Shown piece after piece: positions 51,337 to 60,818 of a stretch of 64,000 bases of DNA. A program made the translations under genes and the position numbers. A model generated the notes under the pieces. It saw nothing but the letters and a program-made list of their open reading frames with translations. It did no database searches and was not told the origin of the DNA. The DNA is from Nitrospirota bacterium (lineage in GTDB: Bacteria; Nitrospirota; Thermodesulfovibrionia; Thermodesulfovibrionales; SM23-35): the NCBI GenBank assembly GCA_963796125.1, contig CAWCKM010000052.1:238-64237 (forward strand). Reading direction: 5' to 3'. Within the stretch, counting starts at the first letter, position 1. The number at the start of each line of letters is the position of its first letter.

Positions 51337-52568
51337 TTAATGATATTTTGATATAACCAGTGAAGCATTGCTTCCACCAGGACCGAAATTATTAATTAAT
51401 ACATTATTTATTCTTGCCATCCGTGATTTATTAGCCACATAATCAAGGTCACAGTCATCATCTTTTACTCTATAGTTAATCGTTGGTGGTATAAAACCAT
51501 TAACTATGGTGCCTATAGAAGCAGCAATCTGGAGCAGACCACCAGCACTAAAAGGCTCTCCTATCATTGATTTAATAGAGCTCACAGGAATATTGTAAGC
51601 AGATCTGCCAAAAACATCCTTTATTGCCTTTGTCTCTAATCTGTCCTGTTCAGGAACAGAATTTGCTGAAGCACTTATATAATCAATATCTGTAATCCTT
51701 AATCCGGAATCTCTAATTGCTTTCTTCATGCTTTCTCTTAATCCATTTGCTTCCGGATTATATTTACCCATCTTATAGGCATCAAAACAATTACCTGTAC
51801 CTTTAACCTCAGCATAAATATTTGCCTTTCTTCTTTTAGCATATTCCTCATCCTCTATCACTATAACCGCTGCTCCTTCACCTAATATGATTCCATTTCT
51901 TCTTTTATCAAAAGGGCAGGATAATTCTTCACCTTTTATGCCGGCAAGAAAACCTAACCTGTAAAATCCAGTAAAATTTGCAAGAGAAAGACTCTCCACT
52001 GCTCCTACCAGAACTGCCTTAATTCGTCCCGATTTGATAAAATCTACGGCGTATTTCAATGCGTCTATGCTTGAACTATAACCGGTAGAAACAGTCGTAT
52101 TAAATCCCTGAATATTGAACCGGATTGAAACCTGGCTTGAAGCAGCATTTACTACTGTTCCGGGGAAAAGGGCAGCATCGGTGAAAAGAGGTCCTTCCTT
52201 TATTGCTTCTTTTCAAATTCAGCAAAATTCCAGAGAGAAGATAAAGTAGTTCCTGTGCAGACACCTATGTCATCCGTATTTTTATAATTAATGGTTAATT
52301 TTGCATCCTCTATTGCTAATTTTGCAGCAGAACACAGTAGCCTTGTAGTTCTATCAAGATTCTTTAAGCCCTTAGAGCCTAAAAAAACAGAGGGATTGAA
52401 ATTGTTAATCTCACCTGCTAATTTACACTTAAACCCGTTTGTATCAAATCGGCTAATCGGCTTAATCCCGGACTGACCCTCCTTCAAAGCTGTCCAGAAT
52501 TGTTCTTTCCCTATACCATTTGGAGCAATTACTCCTATGCCCGTTATTACTATTCTTTTTTTATTCAT
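51337..52568 (-). pseudogene. KS-like protein lacking the catalytic triad (chain-length-factor-like partner). One frameshift near 52200.
   Basis: KS fold (RIVITGIGVIAPNG...) but VSTGYSSS (Cys to Tyr, codon 52078-52080), ISASANSVPEQD (first His lost) and KSMIGEPFSAGG (second His to Glu). Confidence 0.75.
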
Positions 52569-52585
52569 TTACCTCATGAGATAAT

Positions 52586-53338
52586 TTAAACCATAGCACT
52601 ACTTATTCCACCATCTATAACTATTGTCTGACCTGTAATATAGTTTGCTTCATCGCTTACTAAAAATTTCACCACTTTTGCCACTTCTTCCGGCCTGCCT
52701 AACCTGCCTAATGGTATCTGTTTTATTATCTGACTTTTATAGTCTTCTCTTAAATCTTTAAGCATATCTGTCTCAATAAAACCGGGGGCAACCGCATTAA
52801 CCCTGATATTATAGGATGCAACTTCTTTAGCAAGAGATTTGGTAAACCCGATTATCCCTGCTTTAGAGGCAGCATAATTGGTCTGTCGAGACATACCCAT
52901 GATTCCGCTTACTGAGGTAATATTTACAATAACGCCACTTTTCTGTTTGATGAAGGTTATGATCGCGGCTCTGGTAAGATTGAATGTTCCATCTAAATTA
53001 GTATGTATTACTTCATGCCAATCAGTAAGTTCCATAAGAGCAAGTGCTTTATCTTTAATAATACCGGCATTATTTACTACGATATCTATGCCACCAAAAA
53101 GTTCTTTAGTCTTATCTACCCATAATTTCACAGCTTCATAGTCTCTGATATCCACCTGAAATGATTTAACGTTGACATTCAAATTTTTTATTTCTTTTTC
53201 CAGATCCTCTGCATCTTTTTTACTTCTTAAAAAATTAAAACTAATATTCGCTCCTTCCCTGGCTAATTCAAGGGCAACAGCATACCCTATCCCCCTTGTG
53301 GCGCCGCTAATAATAACCGTCTTATTCTTAAACGGCAT
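52586..53338 (-). CDS. FabG-like 3-oxoacyl-ACP reductase (SDR).
   Basis: MPFKNKTVIISGATRGIGYAV, VNNAGI and YAASKAGIIGFTKSLA (YxxxK). The ATG at 53338 is preferred over the ORF start at 53428. Confidence 0.85.
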   Translation of the reverse strand: MPFKNKTVIISGATRGIGYAVALELAREGANISFNFLRSKKDAEDLEKEIKNLNVNVKSFQVDIRDYEAVKLWVDKTKELFGGIDIVVNNAGIIKDKALALMELTDWHEVIHTNLDGTFNLTRAAIITFIKQKSGVIVNITSVSGIMGMSRQTNYAASKAGIIGFTKSLAKEVASYNIRVNAVAPGFIETDMLKDLREDYKSQIIKQIPLGRLGRPEEVAKVVKFLVSDEANYITGQTIVIDGGISSAMV

Positions 53339-53539
53339 TTCTGGAATAAATCTTTTCAAATAATTTTTCCATAATCTAAAATAAACAATAATCCTTTTAA
53401 TATCAAGTCTTTTCTGCAATTGTGTCAAGAAGTAATTGAAAGTAGATATCAGAACAGATTAAAAGTGAAGTAAAATAAGGTATGTTTCAATATGTTCCTC
53501 TTATGATCTCAGGAACCTTTCGAGAGGAAGATATGGAAG

Positions 53540-55267
53540 CTATCTTTTATTTTTCTTCAACACCTTCATGAGAGAATCATAATTCAATGTGTTCAGAATA
53601 TTTTCCTTTTCAAGCCAACCCCTTCTTGCGATAGAGATTCCGTAAGTCATAAAATCGAAGTGATGAATGGTGTGTGTATCGGTACTTATCGCCAGTGGTA
53701 TCCCTTTCTCTTTAGCCATTCGTGCATGTACATCATTGAGGTCCAGTCTGAGAGGATAAGCATTTATTTCGATGGCAGTACCGGTTTCTTTAGCAGCTTT
53801 AAGAATCGAATTCATATCAATATCATAAGGATCTCTTTCACCAATTAGTCTGCCAGTTGGGTGGGCGATAATGGAAACATGAGGATTTTTCATAGCAGAT
53901 ACCAATCTTCTGGTAAGCTGTTCTTTCTTCTGCTTGAAACCTGAATGGATTGAAGCAACAACGATATCAAGCTTTTTCAGTACATCATCAGGAAGATCTA
54001 ATTGCCCGTCACTCCTTATATCCACTTCGATTCCAGCAAGAAGTTTGAATCCCTTCAGTCTTTTATTGAGCGAATCTATCTGTTTTTTCTCCTCCAATAA
54101 TCTCTCTGCGGTTAGTCCTCTTGCGATACCAAGGCCCTTCGAGTGATCCGTAATGGCTATGTAGTGATAACCTCTCTTTCGAGCTTCAGTTATTAACTCC
54201 TCAAAGTCATGACTCCCGTCACTCCATTTACTGTGGACATGCAGATCACCCTTGATATCTCCAGGCTCAACGAGTCTCGGCAGTTTTCCCGATAGTGCAG
54301 CCTCTATTTCTCCTGTATCTTCCCTTAACTCCGGAGGTATATAAGGAAGACCCAGAATCCGGTATACATCTTCTTCTTTTTCTCCCCCGAGCCTTTTGTC
54401 ATCTTTTTCCCTGAATATACCGTATTCATTTATCTTGAGTTCTGCTCTTACAGCCATTTCTCTCAACCTGATATTATGAGCCTTGCTCCCTGTGAAGTAT
54501 GCAAGGGCGGCACCAAAGCTTTCTTCTTCAACAACACGGAGATCAACCTGCAAGTCTTCATGGATGATAACACTTGATTTTGTAGGCCCCTGCATGAGGA
54601 TTTCCCTGACATGGGGCAGGTGAACAAATGCCTTCATTACTTCTTTTGGATTTTCTGATGTGGCGAGTATATCTATGTCCTTGATAGTCTCCTTCCATCT
54701 CCTTATGCTTCCTGCTATAGTGAGTTTTTTCACAGGTGCATTCTTTTTCAGATGCTCAAGAATGTCATTGGCGATAGGGAGGACCTTTCCCAGTGGCTTT
54801 CTTTCCAAACCCCTTTTCAACATCTCGATGCCTTTGAGTATGTTTTCTTCTGTCTTTTCCTTTATCCCTGGCAGTCCTGTGAGCTTGTGATCCCTGGCTA
54901 ACTGTTCGAGGGTTTCCAAATCTTTAATGTTTAATTTTTCAAAAAGAAGTTTTGCTGTTTTGGGGCCGAGACTTGGTACGGAAAGGAGTGCGCTGAGGCC
55001 CCCTGGTACTTCTTTCTTGAGGTCTTCATAAAATTGGAGTTTTCCTGTCCTGACGTATTCTTCTATCTTGCCTGCGAGGTCCTGACCGATTCCGGGAACT
55101 GTCAGAAGTACGTCGTTCGATATTTCTGCCACATCTTTAGCGAGTCCCTCTATATTCTGTGCAGCACGTCTGTAAGCTCTTATCCTGAATGGATTCTCAC
55201 CTTTGATTTCAAGAAGGTCAGCGATGTCATTGAAGATTTTTGCAATCTCCTGGTTTTTCATGAGCAA
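53540..55267 (-). CDS. polX: Family X DNA polymerase with a C-terminal PHP domain (PolX).
   Basis: NQEIAKIFNDIADLLEIKGENPFRIRAYRRAA (HhH), GSIRRWKETIKDIDIL (nucleotidyltransferase), GDLHVHSKWSDG...ITDHS (PHP). Confidence 0.9.
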   Translation of the reverse strand: MLMKNQEIAKIFNDIADLLEIKGENPFRIRAYRRAAQNIEGLAKDVAEISNDVLLTVPGIGQDLAGKIEEYVRTGKLQFYEDLKKEVPGGLSALLSVPSLGPKTAKLLFEKLNIKDLETLEQLARDHKLTGLPGIKEKTEENILKGIEMLKRGLERKPLGKVLPIANDILEHLKKNAPVKKLTIAGSIRRWKETIKDIDILATSENPKEVMKAFVHLPHVREILMQGPTKSSVIIHEDLQVDLRVVEEESFGAALAYFTGSKAHNIRLREMAVRAELKINEYGIFREKDDKRLGGEKEEDVYRILGLPYIPPELREDTGEIEAALSGKLPRLVEPGDIKGDLHVHSKWSDGSHDFEELITEARKRGYHYIAITDHSKGLGIARGLTAERLLEEKKQIDSLNKRLKGFKLLAGIEVDIRSDGQLDLPDDVLKKLDIVVASIHSGFKQKKEQLTRRLVSAMKNPHVSIIAHPTGRLIGERDPYDIDMNSILKAAKETGTAIEINAYPLRLDLNDVHARMAKEKGIPLAISTDTHTIHHFDFMTYGISIARRGWLEKENILNTLNYDSLMKVLKKNKR

Positions 55268-55277
55268 AGTATAACAC

Positions 55278-56222
55278 TTACCCCATCTCTTCTATAATTG
55301 CTGCTGCTAATAGCGGGAACATTATTTCGTGGTGGCCTGTGAGGGCATAAGCAGATCCTTTTTGTTGGGTAGGTCTTTTGAGGACATTCTCTCTTGGCCT
55401 GTAATGCTGAATAAAGTCCATGTTGACTGTTGTTATATCTTCAACCCTGTTGCCGAGATTCCTTGCCACTGTCAGAGCCTTTAAAAATACCTCTGGCATA
55501 ATGACGGCAGAACCGAGATTAATATAAACACCTCCGTCAAGGTCAGAGACAACTGAACAAAGAAGTCTGAAATCCCTGAAGCTACCTTCTCCAATAGCAC
55601 AGCCATCTGCATCAGGGTGCATATGAATGATATCTGTTCCTATGGCAACATGCACGGTTGCAGGGATATCAAGCTCGTAAGCAGTAGCGAGGATGCTCTT
55701 TTCTTTAAATTTGGATCTGCTTTTGGATATCATCTCACCAACAGACTTCCCGATCCCGTATTCTTTTTTTGCACCGGTTGCTATTGCCTTATTGAGATAT
55801 CTCCCTGTTTCCTTTACCATGCCAAAGGTTGCTTTATGCAATTCTTCACTAACATCCTCAGATGTGTGGCCTATGAAAGAAAGTTCAAAGTCATGGATTA
55901 TACATGCACCATTTGTTGCGATTGCAGTAATAATATTTTTTTTCATGAGATCTATGATGATCGGTGACAATCCTACCTTTATTGGATGGGCGCCCATACC
56001 AAGGATTACAGGCCTTCTGTTTTGGCGTGCTCTCACAATTGCTTTGACAGTGGATACAAAGTCATTCACAGCGAGGACAGGGGGAAGTTTACTGATAAAG
56101 CATTGTATGGTATCTCCCTTTGACGATGGTGTTGCGAGGACGGAAAGAGAAACTTTACTTTTTCTTTTGGTTATTGAGTAAGTTTTAACCTTCTTTAATG
56201 ATACAGGTCTATATTTTCCCAT
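55278..56222 (-). CDS. Deoxyhypusine-synthase-like family protein (tentative).
   Basis: 314-aa intact ORF. The spacing of ILGMGAH, IATNGACIIHDFE, VAIGTDIIH and GSAVIMPEVF resembles COG1899-type proteins from memory. Unverified. Confidence 0.5.
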   Translation of the reverse strand: MGKYRPVSLKKVKTYSITKRKSKVSLSVLATPSSKGDTIQCFISKLPPVLAVNDFVSTVKAIVRARQNRRPVILGMGAHPIKVGLSPIIIDLMKKNIITAIATNGACIIHDFELSFIGHTSEDVSEELHKATFGMVKETGRYLNKAIATGAKKEYGIGKSVGEMISKSRSKFKEKSILATAYELDIPATVHVAIGTDIIHMHPDADGCAIGEGSFRDFRLLCSVVSDLDGGVYINLGSAVIMPEVFLKALTVARNLGNRVEDITTVNMDFIQHYRPRENVLKRPTQQKGSAYALTGHHEIMFPLLAAAIIEEMG

Positions 56223-56365
56223 CTAAAACTATTTTCTCCTTTTATCCTCTGTATCAATAAAACAGCCGGGAAATTTTTTAAATAAATCTTAACACACTGG
56301 TACCCCATCGTCAAAGACGATAAGAAAGTAAGGGATTAACCTCCCCGTATCACCCTCCCCTTCAT

Positions 56366-56420
56366 CCCCTCCCGTCAAGGGAGGGGAGATAATTAAGCCC
56401 CTCTCCCTGGAGGGAGAGGG
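56366..56420. repeat. REP-like palindromic pair (CCCCTCCC-N5-GGGAGGGG and CCCTCTCCCT-GG-AGGGAGAGGG).
   Basis: Two perfect GC hairpins at 56366-56386 and 56398-56419 in intergenic DNA. A related copy lies at 57843-57865. Confidence 0.6.
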
Positions 56421-56551
56421 CAAGGGTGAGGGGGTGTGGTTTTACTTATGAACTCCTTAGTAAAGTATTATTGTCCCTACGAACAGCAATCTGATAAACT
56501 TCTTCATGATTATTAACCAGCAGGCCGTAAAAATAACAAAGAAGTTCGATA

Positions 56552-56615
56552 TGTCATGCTGAATTTATTTCAGCATCTCTTCAGGACTGAGACCCTGAAA
56601 CGAGTTCAGGGTGAC
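56552..56615. repeat. MITE-like double-hairpin element bounded by TGTCA...TGACA.
   Basis: TGTCATGCTGAATTTATTTCAGCATC...ACCCTGAAACGAGTTCAGGGTGACA. Two stem-loops (ATGCTGAA/TTCAGCAT and ACCCTGAA/TTCAGGGT). Confidence 0.65.
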
Positions 56616-56647
56616 AAAAAAGTACTTTTTCAACTGTTGGTCAATTT

Positions 56648-58164
56648 ATGAATCTTACCTTAGAAAAGAAACTGTACCAATTAATAATCAGCAGGCTTGA
56701 CGGTAATAATATTCATTCTCATGCCTATAGCGCAAAATTATTTCAGCTTGTTGAGAAAGGAATTGGAGGTTTCATAATCTTTGGCGGGAAGAGAGACGAG
56801 ATAAAGGAGTTCGTTATCCAAATTCAGTCACATGCGGAGATCCCCTTATTCATAGCTTCTGATGTTGAATGTGGAGTAGGGCAACAAATCCTTGGTACAA
56901 CCTTGTTTCCCTGCCAGATGGCAATTGCGGCTGCTGTTGATAAGAATAGACCAGGAGATATCAGCATTTTTGAAGATTCTCTTAAGGCCATTGCTCGCGA
57001 AGCGATAGATGTCGGAATTAATATGCCGCTCATCCCTGTTCTGGATATTAATCAGAATCCTGACAACCCAATTGTCTGCACGAGGGCCTTCTCTGACAAT
57101 CCCGAGGATGTAACATGGTTTGGCATGAAGTATATAAAAATATTTGAGGGTTCAGGGCTTATAAGCTGTGCCAAACATTTCCCAGGACATGGGGATACGG
57201 CTGTAGATTCTCACTTATCCCTTCCCGTTATAACCAAATCTTTTGAGGAATTACGTTCTGTTGACCTTATGCCTTTTTTGAAGGCTGTCGAAGCAGGAGT
57301 CAGCAGTATCATGGTTGGACATTTAAGTGTACCGGAAATAGATTCGAAACCGGCAAGCCTCTCGGAAAAAATAATCACTGATTTGTTGAGGAAGGAAATC
57401 GGTTTTAATGGTTTAATACTCACGGATGCCCTGAATATGAAGGCCTTGAAGGATTTTGAAAATGTTCCGGCACAATGTGTAAAAGCAGGTGCTGACATAT
57501 TGTTACACCCCCTTGATGCAGACCTGACAGTCAAAGAACTTCTATCCGCTATTGAATCAAAAGAAATTACTGAAGAACAAATAGATGAAGCAATAAATCG
57601 GTATAGCGAAGGCAAAGATGAAAATCCAAAGCGCGAGAAAACAAGAAATTGATTATCAACGTCACAGAATGCTTTCATCACAGATTACTGATATGTCCAT
57701 AACACTCTTGAAAAATACCGAAGGGTTGCCAATTTTAGATCCAGATGAAGACCCATATCGTTTTAGCAGGAGAACATAAGTTTTTTGAATCTACTCCCTT
57801 TAAGAACTATTTCACAAATGTCTCAACTATCCCCTCCCCCATCCCCCTCCCTCAAGGGGAGGGGGTGAGGGGGAGGGTGGAAAATTTATTTTCGGGACGA
57901 ATTGTCTTATTCGCTATTTTTACGAGTGTCGCCGCCTGGAAAGGCACCTCAGGAATAGATGATGCTGAAAGGAAGATGATTTCAGAACTCATGAAAATCG
58001 CAGAAACCTCAATAGTAATCTCTTTTGGATGCCCCTATGTTTTGCGCTATTTTAAGGAAGCCGATATCCTCATTGCTGCTTATGAAGCGACAGAGCAAAC
58101 CCAAAAGGCTGTGATAAAGTGTTTACAAGGAGAAATGGATTTTCAAGGGGAGGCTCCCTGTTAA
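56648..58164 (+). pseudogene. nagZ: Glycoside hydrolase family 3 beta-N-acetylhexosaminidase (long NagZ-like form). Two frameshifts and an in-frame palindromic-repeat insertion.
   Basis: KHFPGHGDTAVDSHLSLPV and LILTDALNM. Pieces are 56648-57652, about 57600-57780 (AKAKMKIQSARKQEIDY...LLKNTEGLPILD) and 57745-58164 (...SFGCPYVLRYF...). Confidence 0.8.
57843..57865. repeat. Intragenic copy of the CCCCTCCC/GGGAGGGG palindromic repeat family.
   Basis: CCCCCTCCC-TCAA-GGGGAGGGGG, translated in frame as PSPIPLPQGEGVRGRV inside the GH3 gene. Confidence 0.55.
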
Positions 58165-59411
58165 AATTTGACATTACTCCCTATCTTCAGGTATTCCGCA
58201 GCAGACGTGTTGCTGTCATAACATTTCTTGGCTTTTCCTCAGGACTCCCTTTAGCTTTGACAGGTGGTACCTTGCAGGCATGGATGGCAGTAGTCGGAGT
58301 TGACCTGCAAACCATAGGAATTTTTTCATTGGTCGGCATTCCCTATGCAATAAAATTTCTCTGGTCCCCCTTGATGGATCGTTACGTCCCTCCGTGGTTT
58401 GGAAGACGCCGGGGATGGATCCTCATTACTCAGGTAATGCTCATGTTTGGTATTGCAGCAATGGCTTTTTATTCTCCCCTGCATGTTCCCTGGGTGTTAG
58501 CTATCCTTGCTCTTTTTGTGGCTTTTACTTCTGCCTCACAGGATATCGTGATTGATGCATACCGGACAGATGTCCTGAAAGAAAGGGAGCGTGGAGCAGG
58601 GGCTGCTGTTTTTGTCATGGGTTATCGTATTGCAACGCTTGTCTCTGGTGCACTGGCACTTATTCTATCCGATCATATCGGCTGGCAGAACACATATTTA
58701 TTCATGGCGGCTGTCATGTTGATCGGCATTATTTCGACACTTGTGGGGCCAGAGCCGGAAGAAAAGGTCGCTCCTCCTCTCAGTCTTCAAGAGGCAGTTG
58801 CAGGTCCGCTGAAGGAGTATTTTTCAAGGAATACAGCCATCCCTTTACTCTTTTTAATAGTGCTCTACAAGTTAGGGGATGCCTATGCAGGTGTTTTAAC
58901 AACAGCCTTTCTTATAAAGGGTATCGGGTTTTCAGCAAGCGATGTAGGGACGATAAACAAGGGATTTGGCTTTGTCTCGGTGATTATAGGTGCTATGCTT
59001 GGTGGTTCGTTGATGGTGCGGCTCGGCCTGTTTCGTTCTTTGCTGGGTTTTGGCATATTGCAGGCAGTGTCCAATCTTTCATTTATGCTTCTTGCATGGA
59101 TAGGAAAAAGTTACGGGATGCTGGTTTTTGCAGTTGGTTTTGAAAATTTCAGTGGCGGCATGGGTACAGCAGCCTTTGTTTCACTTCTTATGGCAATGTG
59201 CAATCACCGTTATACAGCAACGCAATATGCACTGTTGTCCTCTCTCGCAGCCCTCGGACGTATATTTATCGGCCCCACCTCTGGCTTTCTGGTTGAGTCA
59301 GTAGGCTGGGCAAGTTTCTTTTTCATTACGGCCTTAACGGCTTTGCCTGGACTGGTGCTTTTGTGGCGGCTTCGTCAGGAGGTGACAGGTCTGGGGGATA
59401 ATAGGCAATAA
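58119..59411 (+). CDS. ampG: AmpG-family muropeptide MFS permease.
   Basis: FLGFSSGLPLALTGGTLQAWM...YAIKFLWSPLMDRY...GRRRGWIL. Polytopic. The exact start is uncertain because the ORF overlaps the end of nagZ. Confidence 0.85.
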   Translation: MFTRRNGFSRGGSLLKFDITPYLQVFRSRRVAVITFLGFSSGLPLALTGGTLQAWMAVVGVDLQTIGIFSLVGIPYAIKFLWSPLMDRYVPPWFGRRRGWILITQVMLMFGIAAMAFYSPLHVPWVLAILALFVAFTSASQDIVIDAYRTDVLKERERGAGAAVFVMGYRIATLVSGALALILSDHIGWQNTYLFMAAVMLIGIISTLVGPEPEEKVAPPLSLQEAVAGPLKEYFSRNTAIPLLFLIVLYKLGDAYAGVLTTAFLIKGIGFSASDVGTINKGFGFVSVIIGAMLGGSLMVRLGLFRSLLGFGILQAVSNLSFMLLAWIGKSYGMLVFAVGFENFSGGMGTAAFVSLLMAMCNHRYTATQYALLSSLAALGRIFIGPTSGFLVESVGWASFFFITALTALPGLVLLWRLRQEVTGLGDNRQ

Positions 59412-59490
59412 ACACTATGTCATTCTAACTGGTGCATAAAATTCTTATCCACCAATCGTCATTGTGGGCAATATAGAGAAAGAACTGGAT

Positions 59491-59733
59491 TCATGATGCC
59501 TTTTCAAGGCGCTCCGCGACCCAGACTTTGATAATTGATTGTCGAGGCACACCTAAGCGTTTTGCTTCTTTATCCAATAAGTGAATCATCCATAAAGGAA
59601 AATCCACATTTATTCTTTTTTGTTCCTGTTTAAGTCTTCGAGCTTTCTTTACATTAAGGTGCCTGGAAATATCCTCGCCTTCATCAAATCTCTTGTCAAA
59701 TTCTTTAGCTTTCATAGATATCAACCTCCTCAT
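59491..59733 (-). CDS. brnA: BrnA-family antitoxin (RHH).
   Basis: KEFDKRFDEGEDIS...KRINVDFPLWMIHLLDKEAKRLGVPRQSIIKVWVAERL. The likely start is the internal ATG at 59715. Confidence 0.8.
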   Translation of the reverse strand: MRRLISMKAKEFDKRFDEGEDISRHLNVKKARRLKQEQKRINVDFPLWMIHLLDKEAKRLGVPRQSIIKVWVAERLEKAS

Positions 59734-59965
59734 TCCGTGAACGTCGTACGGAAATAATCCTTATCTTCTCACCTCTATACGTAATAACCCCTGACCAATG
59801 TTTCCCTGAAATCTTCCCGATTACCAAGTATCTCGGTTCATCGCTGGTTTTCACAGGGATCTCGATTAAATCAGGATCATCCCACAGCGCCTGGGCTTCG
59901 TAGAAGTCAATCCCATGTTTTTTCTTGTTGCTGTCGCTTTTTGGGGAGTCAAACTCAAATTCCAT
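59705..59965 (-). CDS. brnT: BrnT-family ribonuclease toxin.
   Basis: FEFDSPKSDSNKKKHGIDFYEAQALWDD...IRIISVRRSRNEE matches the BrnT pattern. Overlaps brnA. Confidence 0.85.
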   Translation of the reverse strand: MEFEFDSPKSDSNKKKHGIDFYEAQALWDDPDLIEIPVKTSDEPRYLVIGKISGKHWSGVITYRGEKIRIISVRRSRNEEVDIYES

Positions 59966-60262
59966 AGTATATTAATTATACCTTATTTATACCTAATTGC
60001 AATCAGACATTTTTTGATTCTAATGCCCGAACTATGCGGGCTATTAGCCGCCAGCTGGGGTGATTGTTAGCTGCGGTTACGAGTGTATTTCCTTTTTAAA
60101 TGGTAGCTTATACCTTATTTCTCGCTGATTGGATACAGTTTACATAATTTACCTATTTTTACCATTTATACGCAGGCTGAAGAAATGCTGACGAGTGCTA
60201 TCAAAAATGATAGTATAACCTATGGGCAGACCTAAGAAATTGTTTGCGAAGGTTAAGAATAA

Positions 60263-60610
60263 TATTACTATCCAATAAAAGTATTTTACAGCGAAGAAGA
60301 TAAGGGTTTTATTGCTGTTATTCCTGATCTGCCTGGGTGCTCAGCCTTTGGAGAAACCGAGGAAGAGGCATTGAGAGAGGTGAAGATAGCTCAGGAATTA
60401 TGGATAAAGACCGCAAAGAAAGAAGGAAGAAAAATTCCGCGGCCTTCATCAGAAAATATATACAGCGGTAAGATACTCGCAAGGACGCCGAAATCACTTC
60501 ATAAGGCGCTTATGGAAAAGGCAAAACAAGAAGGCGTAAGCCTTAACCAGCTTGTAGTCTATATATTGTCAAGGGGATTGGAAAAGCGTGCAAATCCGAT
60601 AAAGCCCTGA
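60263..60610 (+). CDS. hicB: HicB-family antitoxin. The 5' end is unresolved, and no hicA was recognised in the neighbouring ORFs or intergenic sequence.
   Basis: YSEEDKGFIAVIPDLPGCSAFGETEEEALREVKIAQELW, plus a C-terminal RHH-like SLHKALMEKAKQEGVSLNQLVVYIL. No canonical start in frame. An ATG at 60222 lies in another frame. Confidence 0.75.
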   Translation, partial: YYYPIKVFYSEEDKGFIAVIPDLPGCSAFGETEEEALREVKIAQELWIKTAKKEGRKIPRPSSENIYSGKILARTPKSLHKALMEKAKQEGVSLNQLVVYILSRGLEKRANPIKP

Positions 60611-60818
60611 ATCGTTGAAGCTGACAAATTTCCCATATTATACCAACCCCGTTTTTTGTCCATATTACCACAAAATACGGGATAAGGCTATTTTAAACGG
60701 TTTGATTTTATTGCTTTTTTAATTTTCAAGGCATACGGATTGTGCTATATTTACATCATGAATCTGAAAAATAGAGGGGCTGTATAATTATTGTTGGGCC
60801 GAAAATAGGGGCAAATAA

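Noticed and set aside
46549-53338. Calling the KS/ACP/FabZ/FabG genes the housekeeping fab operon.
   Set aside because: Several features argue against primary fatty-acid synthesis. There are no fabD, fabH, fabI/K or acc genes. One KS lacks its triad. The cluster has a dedicated ACP and a fused flavoenzyme. Its GC content is markedly lower than that of the flanks.
60040-60090. A GC-richer hairpin patch (GCCCGAACTATGCGGGC, CCGCCAGCT...AGCTGCGG) upstream of brnT as a tRNA fragment or att site.
   Set aside because: No T-arm (GGTTCGAATCC-like) or acceptor-stem pattern could be found. It is too short and ambiguous to call, and may simply be part of the brnTA operator or promoter region.
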